Virus record (IMG/VR): IMGVR_UViG_3300045988_143923
Origin: a virus
Strand: one strand, 5' to 3'
DNA length: 64,000 bases
Shown here: in pieces, positions 27,468 through 36,420 of the stretch
Position numbering within the stretch: the stretch's first letter is position 1
Layout: every line of letters starts with the position of its first letter
Made by a program: the position numbers and the translations under genes
The notes under the pieces: generated by a model
What the model saw: the letters and a program-made list of their open reading frames with translations, nothing else
The model's database searches: none
Told to the model about the DNA's origin: nothing

Positions 27468-28220
27468 TTACTTCATATCCTTGAACCGGTACAAGAACTG
27501 AACCATCTGCTCCCTCGTGCAGAAGCTCTTGTAATTCTTGTTGCCCTTATCATCGCCCTTAATCAGGCCGATGCCTTCAGCCCACTTACGAGCAGTCTCA
27601 GACCAAGAGCTCGGCTGCTGCTTAGCAAGGCCGGCCAGATAGGTATCCATCATCTTGTTAAACTGTTCCTGAGTCACTTCTTCTTCCTCCTTTACAGGTG
27701 TTGCAGGTTTCTCCGGCGCAGTCAGTCGCGCCTTAAAATTCGTCCATTTACTCTGGTCACGAACCCACGGTTCCGGGCAATACTTGCCGGTCACATCGTA
27801 GTGGCGAATAACGTGGTCGGCCGCGATGTTGTATTTCTTCATCAACATCTTGACAAGTTCGACCGTTCGATCAACGGTGGCCGCCGTGATGACATACTTG
27901 CCGTTCACCTTATCGCTGCACATCTCTACTCCGATAGAGTTCTTATTCGTGCAGATGTTGCGGTACGGATGATGCGAAGACTCCAAAGAGCCGCCGCAGT
28001 GCCAAGCGCCGTCTGAATCCTTCACAGACTGAACTACACTGTTCTCGTCAACGAAGTAATGTGCCGAGGCTTTGCGATTTGGACTGGAGAAATAATTGCC
28101 GTTGCCTGCGGCCGTATCACCATTGTTCGCGGTGTAATGTACTACGATATATTTGATAGAATTGCCGCTGCGCCCATGGTAATAGTTCGATGGGTCTGCG
28201 GCAATAAACTTGATGTTCAC
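27468..28220 (-). CDS. endolysin: N-acetylmuramoyl-L-alanine amidase (Amidase_2) with C-terminal SLH-like module
   Basis: IVVHYTANN...AHYFVD...WHCGG amidase motifs. The C-terminus ARKWAEGIGLIKGDDKGNKNYKSFCTREQMVQFLYRF is SLH-like. Confidence 0.85.
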   Translation of the reverse strand: MNIKFIAADPSNYYHGRSGNSIKYIVVHYTANNGDTAAGNGNYFSSPNRKASAHYFVDENSVVQSVKDSDGAWHCGGSLESSHHPYRNICTNKNSIGVEMCSDKVNGKYVITAATVDRTVELVKMLMKKYNIAADHVIRHYDVTGKYCPEPWVRDQSKWTNFKARLTAPEKPATPVKEEEEVTQEQFNKMMDTYLAGLAKQQPSSWSETARKWAEGIGLIKGDDKGNKNYKSFCTREQMVQFLYRFKDMK

Positions 28221-28555
28221 TCTGCGTCAACCTCCTGATTTTTGCCGTTTACAACCTTGGACATATTGCAGAGACTGTCGATCATCTTGGACAGCGTGTC
28301 CTCGTCTACAGGGTAATTGATGTAGTCAGCCGAAGCCTTGACCATCGCCATGACCCATTCTTTTCTGGTTGCTCCGTCGTCGAACTTCTTCTCCGCCTGT
28401 TCCATCAGGGACATAACGAGGCCGAGCAGGTTCGCCCAGTTCTTTTCCTTGGTCGCCGTCTTTACATACTCCACCAGCTTCACAGCAAGCGGGATGCAGG
28501 TTGCCAGACCGGTAAGAATAGCCACAATGAGCTGTACAATCTGATTAGTATCCAT
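28217..28555 (-). CDS. holin (LL-H-like)
   Basis: N-terminal TM segment plus a charged tail, lying directly upstream of the endolysin. Confidence 0.65.
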   Translation of the reverse strand: MDTNQIVQLIVAILTGLATCIPLAVKLVEYVKTATKEKNWANLLGLVMSLMEQAEKKFDDGATRKEWVMAMVKASADYINYPVDEDTLSKMIDSLCNMSKVVNGKNQEVDAE

Positions 28556-28589
28556 AATTGCCTCCTTTCGGGCATATACTTAAAAGTTA

Positions 28590-28901
28590 TCAGCAGTCGC
28601 GGTCGTCGTTCTCATATCCGAAGTCGGTATCTGTATAAGAAACTGGCGGCGCGATCTCAATTTTTTTTATGTTCTCCTTGCCACTCTTGCTCTGGTAGAA
28701 GCTAACGCTCGTACCATATGCCGCCCAGACAGCGGAGATAAAGGTCGTCAGATAGGGGAGAGACCCTGTGTAGTCCAACTCAATCGCCCGTCCGACAAAC
28801 CCCAAAACCCTATGCGACACATAAGCCACGAGCACGGTCTCAAACACCAGAATCAGCTTGGAGAACTCGAGCTTACGCTTCTTTCTTCTTTTGCGAGCCA
28901 T
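28590..28901 (-). CDS. membrane protein (second holin/antiholin candidate)
   Basis: Basic N-terminus and two TM segments. Confidence 0.45.
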   Translation of the reverse strand: MARKRRKKRKLEFSKLILVFETVLVAYVSHRVLGFVGRAIELDYTGSLPYLTTFISAVWAAYGTSVSFYQSKSGKENIKKIEIAPPVSYTDTDFGYENDDRDC

Positions 28902-28966
28902 GACAGCTCCTTTCGCGTTTTATTGAAAATTGGTAAAGAAAAAGCCGGGGAGCCCCGGCTTATCTT

Positions 28967-29515
28967 TTAAGATGCTGTGCTCATCAGGATAACCACAACA
29001 GGGATGTCTACGGTCGGAACAGTGCCATCCGCAGTCATCGTCAGCGAATTTGCAGCCTGACCGGTAGCACGCAGAGATGCTTTCTTAGCAGCTTTCAAAG
29101 CGGCCGCCGAGATATTCTGCGTCAGACTGATAACGCCGTTCTGGCTGGCAGCCAATCCTTTAATCGTCAGAGCTTGCGTCTTATTGCTCCAAGCAGCCGC
29201 CGACAGGGTAGTAAACACCGCCTCTGTCTCATAGCCGGGGGTGAGGTCAACCCATGCCCCGCCGGTATAACGCCACAGGTGAGCCGTTTCTTTTACGAAG
29301 TAGAAACGCTCCATCGGCGCAAGAATTGCTTGTCGAGCCGACTCGGTAGCTACATCAATGATGTCGGTCAGGTGCTTGCGAACCTTATCCTTGGTGTCGT
29401 AGAAGACATCGCCGGTGTCCGTGCAGATCAGATAACGTCCCGGCACAATCGGCACAGTGGTCGTATTCTGAGCCTTGCTGAGCACCGTCTCATAGGTTCG
29501 GAAGTAATAGCCCAT
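28967..29515 (-). CDS. tail-fibre-associated protein
   Basis: The C-terminal domain ending TVDIPVVVILM is homologous to that of 37797..38201. Confidence 0.5.
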   Translation of the reverse strand: MGYYFRTYETVLSKAQNTTTVPIVPGRYLICTDTGDVFYDTKDKVRKHLTDIIDVATESARQAILAPMERFYFVKETAHLWRYTGGAWVDLTPGYETEAVFTTLSAAAWSNKTQALTIKGLAASQNGVISLTQNISAAALKAAKKASLRATGQAANSLTMTADGTVPTVDIPVVVILMSTAS

Positions 29516-29580
29516 TTCGCACCCCCTCCTTTATAAAGAATAGCCCCGCTTCTCGCGGGGCGGATAAACAACAGGGGCGA

Positions 29581-30672
29581 TCAGAACGTGCCAACTTCCA
29601 GAGCGGTCTCAACAGCGGCAACACGGCCGTCCATGGTGGTGTTCAGACCATCAGCGTAAGCCTTAGCATTGGTCTCAGCGGTTGTAGCAGAGCCCTTAGC
29701 ATCGTAGTTGACAGCCAGACCATCAGCGTAGGTCTTAGCGTTTGTCTCAGCAGTTGCAGCCTTGCCGTCAGCGTAGGTCTTAGCGGAAGCCAGAGCGGTA
29801 TCAGCAGCACCCTTTGCGTCATAGTTCTTAGCCAGACCATCAGCATAAGCCTTAGCGTCAGCCAGAGCCTTAGCAACAGAGCCGGCAACGTCAGCGCCGC
29901 CGTTCAGAACGCCAACCTTGGACTCAAGGTCAGTAATGCGAGCAACAGCTGCAGTCAGGTCAGCAGCCTTTGCGTAGTCGCCGATCTTCAGAGCGTCGAT
30001 AGCTGCGGTAACGTATGCAACAACGGTGGCCGGCTCATCGGTGCCGCCGATGCCATCAACGATAGCCTCCAGAGCCTTGATAGCAGAATTCATGGAAGCA
30101 GCGTCAGTCTTGTGGCCGGAAATCCAGTCAGCGATCTCCTTCAGGGTGTCGAAAGAAGCGTCAGCGCCGTCAACGATCTTCGCAACCTCCTCAGCTGCGA
30201 TTGCGCGAGCAGACTTGGAAGCGTCCTCGCCAACCAGAGTAGAAGCCTGAGCAGCAGCGTCGTTGATCTTCTTCTTCAGAGCGTCGCCGAGCTCGGTCTC
30301 GGTTACCTCGTCCTTCTTAGCCAGTGCGCCCAGAGCACCGATGCCGCCGGTAACGAGGTTGTCAACGTAGTCCTTTACAGCCTTAGCGGTTGCAATCTGC
30401 TCGTCGGTTACGCCAGCCTCAATCTTAGTAACGGTCGGCTTGAAGACAGTCTTCCATGCAGAACCGTCGTAAACCTCACCAAGGCCGGAGGGCAGAATGT
30501 ACAGAACGCCCTGTGCCGGGGTGGTCTCACGCTCGGGTACAAAGCGTACCGGCTCGGTGTACAGGTTCTGGCCGAAGTATACCTCATGGGTATCAGTGGT
30601 CAGATAGAATGCCTGCTCACGAACTGCAGGCAGGTTTACCTTCTTACCGCAAAATACAAGTTTAGTTGCCAT
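29581..30672 (-). CDS. tail fibre protein with (A/T)KxYADG repeats
   Basis: Repeated AKAYADGLAKNYDAKGAA units at the C-terminus. Confidence 0.6.
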   Translation of the reverse strand: MATKLVFCGKKVNLPAVREQAFYLTTDTHEVYFGQNLYTEPVRFVPERETTPAQGVLYILPSGLGEVYDGSAWKTVFKPTVTKIEAGVTDEQIATAKAVKDYVDNLVTGGIGALGALAKKDEVTETELGDALKKKINDAAAQASTLVGEDASKSARAIAAEEVAKIVDGADASFDTLKEIADWISGHKTDAASMNSAIKALEAIVDGIGGTDEPATVVAYVTAAIDALKIGDYAKAADLTAAVARITDLESKVGVLNGGADVAGSVAKALADAKAYADGLAKNYDAKGAADTALASAKTYADGKAATAETNAKTYADGLAVNYDAKGSATTAETNAKAYADGLNTTMDGRVAAVETALEVGTF

Positions 30673-30772
30673 AGTGTTTTCTTCCTTTCTTGCCGCATTG
30701 AGCGGCCATCATGATGTGAAAAGTGTGAAAATATTAGAAAAGGACGCCCGGGAGCGCCCGAATCTACTTTGT

Positions 30773-31246
30773 TTAGAAGCCGTTAACTTCAACCAAATCG
30801 TCAGCCGAAGCAATGCCCTGACCGCGTGGAATACCAAGATTTAGAACATAGTTCGGTGCTTCGCCGGTAATATCGGCCGTCGCCTGCTCGTCAGGAGCCA
30901 GCGTGGTTACCGTGCCGATGGTCAGATAAGCAGCCTGTCCATCTTCGCCGGTCTCGCCGCGAGGAAGGCTGATTACCAGATGCGGATTCTCTGCGTCTCC
31001 GCTGACGGAAACGGTCGGAGCATCCGTAGGCTCGAGAGCTTTTACCTCGAAGGAAAGATTCGGCGTTGCGCCGGTCTCTCCCTTTTTACCCTGTGGGATG
31101 GAAAACTTCAGCTTTGCTTCATTTGCAGTGCCGACATTTTCAACCAAAGCAGGGGAGCCCGCCGCTACAGTTTCAGTCGATTCAACCTCAACGGTCGCGG
31201 CTTTGCCCTCTGGGCCAACTACTTTACCAAGAATAAGTTTCGCCAT
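30773..31246 (-). CDS. fibre protein with short collagen-like G-x-y motifs
   Basis: IPQGKKGETGA, LPRGETGEDGQ and IPRGQG motifs. Confidence 0.5.
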   Translation of the reverse strand: MAKLILGKVVGPEGKAATVEVESTETVAAGSPALVENVGTANEAKLKFSIPQGKKGETGATPNLSFEVKALEPTDAPTVSVSGDAENPHLVISLPRGETGEDGQAAYLTIGTVTTLAPDEQATADITGEAPNYVLNLGIPRGQGIASADDLVEVNGF

Positions 31247-31260
31247 GCGCGTTCACCCCC

Positions 31261-32031
31261 TCAAATCTCCGCCACAAGATAACCATCTTCATTGATGGAA
31301 AGATTGGGCGCAGCTGTGTTGTCTGCATAATGCAGTTCGAGATATCCGTCAGGATTGACTTCAAAGCCGTATAAGCCCTCATGTGCAACAACATCGCCCG
31401 GGTCGCCTTTCTCACCTTTAGGAATAGAGAAGTTCAGTGAAATGTTGCCATCTTCATCGACAGTCTTTTCAACAGAGGCTTCCTCATCAGGCTCTACCGA
31501 TTTGGCCGTTGCGCCCATGTTTTCGATGGCGTTCTTGGCTTTTTCAGCCTCGGCAGCCGTGTTCTTAACCTTCTCGTAGGTCTCGTTTACACGATGCTCA
31601 ATCTGGGTAAACTCAGATGGAACCTCCGGCCACTGTGCTTCTCCGGCCATCGACTTCGGAATACGGATGGTGATGAGATTGGTATGACGAACCTCTTCGC
31701 CTTTGACGCCGCGGAGCTGAACAGAGTATTTGCCCGATTCGCCGACCCAGCCGCGTTCGAGAACCGCGCCGATTAACTTGGGTTTCTTCTCTGGCTCGCC
31801 GTCATCTTCCGGAATGTCAGCCACGGCCGAGGCAGTATCTTCGATGGGTTCCATCAACACGATGTTGAAATTATCGCCGCACTGCACAAGCATGTGCCAG
31901 ATGTAACCGTCCGGCAGATTGCCCGCCACCAGAAGCGAGCGGGAGAGATGGTCATACTGCTGAGCAATCGTTCCAACAGGCTTGTCAAGATACCAATCGT
32001 CAAATGTAAAGACAGAGGAGTAGTATTCCAT
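31261..32031 (-). CDS. baseplate/fibre-associated hypothetical protein
   Basis: 256-aa ORF with an IPKGEKGDPGD motif. Confidence 0.5.
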   Translation of the reverse strand: MEYYSSVFTFDDWYLDKPVGTIAQQYDHLSRSLLVAGNLPDGYIWHMLVQCGDNFNIVLMEPIEDTASAVADIPEDDGEPEKKPKLIGAVLERGWVGESGKYSVQLRGVKGEEVRHTNLITIRIPKSMAGEAQWPEVPSEFTQIEHRVNETYEKVKNTAAEAEKAKNAIENMGATAKSVEPDEEASVEKTVDEDGNISLNFSIPKGEKGDPGDVVAHEGLYGFEVNPDGYLELHYADNTAAPNLSINEDGYLVAEI

Positions 32032-32034
32032 GCG

Positions 32035-32580
32035 TTACGCCTCCTTTCCCGATGAGTTCGGACATTCCCTTACAATCAGTTCGGTCATCGCTGGCTGAAC
32101 TACTGAGTGCATATATCCGTTGCCGCCGGCCTCTTCATAATCGCGAAACAACCCCCAGAAGGCTTCAGCCTCCATCTGTGTCCATGACTTACTGGGGTTG
32201 GTTTCTTCGTTTGTGTAGTAACGGTAACTCTGAAGAAGCCTGTCACGGAGCTTGTTGCACTCGCGGCGTTTATTGGTTTCTTCTACTGAGTCCAGTCTGG
32301 CTTGGTAGCGCTCCATTGCTTGGCGGATAGTCTGTATCTCGTTTTCCAGCGTTTGCTGTATCTTGATGCTCTGGGCGCGGTACTCAGGGTATTTATGCAC
32401 AGCGTCGAGTGCTTCATTGATTCGCTGGTCGCGGGCTTTTTCAGCCTCGTAGCGTTCAATGAGAAAATCTCTGACCTTTTTGTAGATCAGATAAAGAAAA
32501 ACGCCGGCGAGAACTAACTCGACGACGGTAGAAAGGGTGACTTGCCCAAATAGATTTATAAAATTATTAAGGCCGGTCAT
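32035..32580 (-). CDS. hypothetical protein with N-terminal TM helix
   Basis: 181-aa ORF. Confidence 0.5.
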   Translation of the reverse strand: MTGLNNFINLFGQVTLSTVVELVLAGVFLYLIYKKVRDFLIERYEAEKARDQRINEALDAVHKYPEYRAQSIKIQQTLENEIQTIRQAMERYQARLDSVEETNKRRECNKLRDRLLQSYRYYTNEETNPSKSWTQMEAEAFWGLFRDYEEAGGNGYMHSVVQPAMTELIVRECPNSSGKEA

Positions 32581-32624
32581 TACGCATCACGCTCATGGCG
32601 AGCCTCCTTTCTTTGCAAAATTTA

Positions 32625-32653
32625 TTGACGTTAGGTGGATTCTATTGTATAAT
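32625..32653 (+). promoter_or_regulatory. near-consensus sigma-70 promoter (TTGACG-17-TATAAT)
   Basis: Read directly. It drives the + strand cassette embedded in the - strand tail operon. Confidence 0.6.
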
Positions 32654-32676
32654 TTATACAATAAAGAAATGAAGGT

Positions 32677-33711
32677 GTGAGACCAGTGACAGAGAACGAA
32701 ACTCCGCTCAAGTTATGCAGAAAGTGGAGCGAGATGGCTCCCGGCTGCTTCGACACGTTAGACGTGTTGTGCAGAGAGTCTCACGAAGAAATGGGAGTAA
32801 GCGATGTGTGCGACCTCCCAATAGGCGCAGCATATGAATATCTGCGAGTAAAGTGTCATTTGGAAAAAGACGGACGTGCTCGTCTCGCCAGTGAACTGAC
32901 GGGATTATACATTTGGCGAAAGCATAAGGTTATCTACAACTTCGACCATACTCTTGCGCAAGAGTTGGTCGCTCAAGCCGATGCTATAACAGAAGATGAC
33001 AAAATCCCCACAGAAATTCTGCTGAGACCGCCTTATCCGTGCGTGTATATTCAGACCGATAAGCCGATTCCCGGAAATTCGCTGCCTCTCAAGTTTATGG
33101 CTTGGATAGAAGAAGACGCGAATTCACACGTTAGAGAGTTCCGCGTCCAACCTTTTTCAGATGACATGGAACATACCAAAACGTTCATGTTAGAGCTGAC
33201 GAAGCCCACGGTTTATGAGTGTATTTATGATACCGTAGCCACAACCGCAAAATATCACACTTTCGCCAAATTTCAGTTGAACAACATTCACATTGACGAA
33301 AGTGTTCGTGTGGTGCTCCGCGCTATGCAGTTATATCTGTATGTCTGCAGTGACCAAGCGGATATCCGAGAAAATCCTAAACAGAAGGGAATTTATCGGC
33401 CTCGCCAGCCGGGTCAGCCGATTAAAGATAAATTCCGCGAGATAGACATGAAGGACGTCGGTGTTGTGATTGGTCACACGCTGCGCCGTGCCGAACAGGA
33501 ATCCAGCGCTCCGCAATCAAACCCTTCGGTTGATGAATCGAAGCAGGGAAGTCATAAACGCCCGCATACTCGTCGAGGCCACTGGCATCATTACTGGACT
33601 GGCCCAAAGAGCGAGCCAGAACAGAGAAAACTGATTCTGAAGTGGACTCACCCGATACTCGTCGGCGGTTACACAGATAATGTCGTTACCATGTTCCCGG
33701 TAAAGGAGTAA
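32677..33711 (+). CDS. hypothetical protein, cassette gene A (C-terminal RRGHWHHYWTG motif)
   Basis: 344-aa ORF. An alternative GTG start lies at 32686. Confidence 0.6.
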   Translation: MRPVTENETPLKLCRKWSEMAPGCFDTLDVLCRESHEEMGVSDVCDLPIGAAYEYLRVKCHLEKDGRARLASELTGLYIWRKHKVIYNFDHTLAQELVAQADAITEDDKIPTEILLRPPYPCVYIQTDKPIPGNSLPLKFMAWIEEDANSHVREFRVQPFSDDMEHTKTFMLELTKPTVYECIYDTVATTAKYHTFAKFQLNNIHIDESVRVVLRAMQLYLYVCSDQADIRENPKQKGIYRPRQPGQPIKDKFREIDMKDVGVVIGHTLRRAEQESSAPQSNPSVDESKQGSHKRPHTRRGHWHHYWTGPKSEPEQRKLILKWTHPILVGGYTDNVVTMFPVKE

Positions 33712-33714
33712 TGT

Positions 33715-33999
33715 ATGAAAAACAGAAGTTCTAACACTGTTGCTGTAATCATGTGGGTGTATGCAATAGTCAACGCGGTTGTTGGTATTATTTTTGCTTG
33801 TTCAATGTATGATACCTATGAAGTCTTGAGCATCTTGTTTATAGCAGTAACTGTTGTTTTCAGTTTTGGCATCTATGCTGTTGGTGAAATCATCCAACTT
33901 TTGCAGGACATCAAAGATAATACCAATGGTGCGATTCAACCTATCACATTATCGCAAAAGCAGAGCAGCTCGGTAGATGATGATTTGCCTTCGATATAA
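33715..33999 (+). CDS. small membrane protein, cassette gene B
   Basis: 94 aa with two to three TM helices. Confidence 0.55.
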   Translation: MKNRSSNTVAVIMWVYAIVNAVVGIIFACSMYDTYEVLSILFIAVTVVFSFGIYAVGEIIQLLQDIKDNTNGAIQPITLSQKQSSSVDDDLPSI

Positions 34000-34011
34000 G
34001 CATCACTAGAG

Positions 34012-34950
34012 GTGAATGATATGTCTGAAAAATATACGGTTATACAACATGAAAAGCGTGTGTTCTGGGCGCATGATTGTCCTGTACTACTGCAGGCTCA
34101 TGCTTTAACAAAGAACAATGTAGACAACAGTATCTTGGTTCAATGCAAATTCGAAAATCTATCTGAACAGAACATAAAGGCGATGTTTGTTTCCGTCAAG
34201 TGTTTTGATGTTCTGAATAGAGAATTAACTGGAGTGGACAAATTTTCTTATCTGGATATTTCGATACAACCATATACGTTGTTTGGAGACAGGACAGCTA
34301 TACTACTGCCGGATAATGAAACCAGAAATATTCGCATCACTCCTGAGCAAATAGTGTTCTCTGACAACACAGTCTGGGAAAACAAATATAGGCAAGCATA
34401 TGAGTTAGCGAAATATGATCAACTACCAATTTCTTCTTTAGGAGAATTAGCAAGCCAGTATAGCCGAGATTTAAGTTACATCAGCCCCACACAGCAGCAT
34501 AACTATTTGCCTTGTCATGAAAATGGATTTGTTATTTGCGGATGTGGAAAAATTGTTATGAATTCGGTTGCGAATTGCCCCTGCTGCAAGGTTCCCTTGA
34601 AAGCATTGTTCGACTTGAATAATGTCAAAAATCTGGAAAAACATCTCTCTGAATACAATGCTGAACTAGAAGATAATTATAAAAAAATTGAGATTCAACG
34701 CGCCAAAGAGAAAGCCATACTATCTGAAAAGGCCCGACAAGAGGAACTTCAACATCTGCAGAGAAATCCTTTTATAAAACAAAATCCGAGTTCAGATCAT
34801 ACAAAAGTATATAATCTGAAGAAAAAAATCGAGTTAAGTATCTTTGAGAAGGTAGATAGTAAGATTGAAAAAAATAAAAATGCTGTTCTCATCGTTCTCT
34901 TCGTTTTGGTCATATTACTCGCAATCGTGTTACCTCTATATTTGGGGTAG
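34012..34950 (+). CDS. zinc-ribbon, coiled-coil, C-terminally membrane-anchored protein, cassette gene C
   Basis: Has CGCGK...CPCCK, a K/E-rich helix and a terminal TM segment (VLIVLFVLVILLAIVLPLYLG). It ends in TAG. Confidence 0.6.
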   Translation: MNDMSEKYTVIQHEKRVFWAHDCPVLLQAHALTKNNVDNSILVQCKFENLSEQNIKAMFVSVKCFDVLNRELTGVDKFSYLDISIQPYTLFGDRTAILLPDNETRNIRITPEQIVFSDNTVWENKYRQAYELAKYDQLPISSLGELASQYSRDLSYISPTQQHNYLPCHENGFVICGCGKIVMNSVANCPCCKVPLKALFDLNNVKNLEKHLSEYNAELEDNYKKIEIQRAKEKAILSEKARQEELQHLQRNPFIKQNPSSDHTKVYNLKKKIELSIFEKVDSKIEKNKNAVLIVLFVLVILLAIVLPLYLG

Positions 34951-34989
34951 TCAAAAAATGTGGCACTTTTGTCATTCAGAAAAAATAAG

Positions 34990-35016
34990 AAAAGCACCCT
35001 TTTACAGGGTGCTTTT
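34990..35016. terminator. bidirectional terminator
   Basis: AAAAGCACCC-TTTTACA-GGGTGCTTTT hairpin. Confidence 0.65.
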
Positions 35017-35286
35017 ATTTGCATATGTTCCCTTCAGGTAGGCTTCGGCTATCTCATATTGACGCTGAAGCTCGCACAGGTGATCTTGAAGACGACGAAA
35101 GGAGTAGCTAGGAATTTCGTCGATGATAAAACCATTACTGCCCGTACCGGTCACCTTCTGACCCTTCGCATAAGCGATAGAGCCAGTCTGCATGTCGGAT
35201 GCGACAATGGTAGCGTCGTTAGTATCCACATCGAGCTTGCGGATATTAAGCGACTTTACAGGTGTACTGCCGAGACAAAGTTTCAA
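35002..35286 (-). CDS. truncated fibre N-terminal module
   Basis: DTNDATIVASDMQTGSIAYAKGQKVTGTG matches the N-terminal module of the two BNR-propeller genes. Confidence 0.45.
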   Translation of the reverse strand: MKLCLGSTPVKSLNIRKLDVDTNDATIVASDMQTGSIAYAKGQKVTGTGSNGFIIDEIPSYSFRRLQDHLCELQRQYEIAEAYLKGTYANKSTL

Positions 35287-35305
35287 TATTGATCACCTCT
35301 TTCTT

Positions 35306-36403
35306 TCAGGCCCAGGAATCAAAGGAGTCTTTGAGATAATAAGAAGATTCATTGCAAACGGCTACAAACTTTCCTGCACCATAAGTAACAGGAACTAATT
35401 TTGTCTGAGCTCCACCTGGATAAGTGCCACTTCTCCAATTAACACCATCTATCGAGTAAGCAAAAAGCCCTTGGGTAAATGACGTTGCTATAAATTTTCC
35501 ATTGCCATAGCAAACAGAACCCCAGCCTGAGGATGTTGGCATCTCAGTCAGAGTCCAGGAGATACCATCCTCAGAATAAGCTGCAGTATTGCTATCTTTC
35601 TCAACAGCTACAAATTTCCCATTACCGTAACAAACAGAGGCCCAGTTTTTATTTTTTGTCAAATGAGCCTCTCTAAAACCGTGTTTGGTACTTTCATTAC
35701 TATAGATAGCACCACATTCAGGTGAACCATCGGCAACAGCTACTAGTGTGCCTTTACCATAAGCAAGTGTCCAATTATCAGCATAGAATAGCAAACCTTC
35801 CGGTTCCCAATTGATACCATCCTCGGAATAAGCTGGATCGCAATCCTCACTTCCACCCTGTCCAATTACTTCGAAACCTTTATCGTAATAGCAAACAGAA
35901 TTCCAGTTTCCCATTATAGGTCCAAGACGAGGAAAAGTCCAATTAATACCATCAAGAGAATAAGCTACTGCACCATTTCTAGCTACAGCTATAAACTTAT
36001 CCGCGCCGTAGCAAACAGAAGTCCAGTTCTCCTTAATTGTAGCATTAGACTTAGACCAATTAATGCCATCAGTAGAATAAACAGGAGTATCAAGACCAAC
36101 AGCAACGAACTTACCCGCTCCATAACAAATAGAAGACCACGATGTATTAACTGGCATTGTTCCGGTAATCCATTCAGGTTTCTCGATGGGAATTAATGTA
36201 CCAGTGACCTTCTCGCCATTGACATAAAGAGTCTTACCGGACAGAATTTTGTCGGCAGTGGCAGTGGCATCGGAGGTATCCACACCAGTCTGGATTGCTA
36301 AAATTCGATTAGCAAAATCCGAAGCCTTGATTGGATCAGTAGATCCGTCCTTATCACGAATGGCATCTGCGATAGATTTAAGATTGGTTTCTTGAATATT
36401 CAA
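35306..36403 (-). CDS. receptor-binding/fibre protein with BNR (Asp-box) beta-propeller repeats, paralogue 2
   Basis: TTG start behind a GGAGG RBS. Has repeated YS.DGINW...W.SVCYG.GKFVAV units. Confidence 0.65.
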   Translation of the reverse strand: MNIQETNLKSIADAIRDKDGSTDPIKASDFANRILAIQTGVDTSDATATADKILSGKTLYVNGEKVTGTLIPIEKPEWITGTMPVNTSWSSICYGAGKFVAVGLDTPVYSTDGINWSKSNATIKENWTSVCYGADKFIAVARNGAVAYSLDGINWTFPRLGPIMGNWNSVCYYDKGFEVIGQGGSEDCDPAYSEDGINWEPEGLLFYADNWTLAYGKGTLVAVADGSPECGAIYSNESTKHGFREAHLTKNKNWASVCYGNGKFVAVEKDSNTAAYSEDGISWTLTEMPTSSGWGSVCYGNGKFIATSFTQGLFAYSIDGVNWRSGTYPGGAQTKLVPVTYGAGKFVAVCNESSYYLKDSFDSWA

Positions 36404-36420
36404 AATATCATACCTCCTCT

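Noticed and set aside
34948-35292. Read-through of the TAG ending cassette gene C into in-frame ORF 34960..35292.
   Set aside because: The extension runs through a strong bidirectional terminator hairpin. It lies antisense to a fibre-module ORF and has no protein-like sequence.
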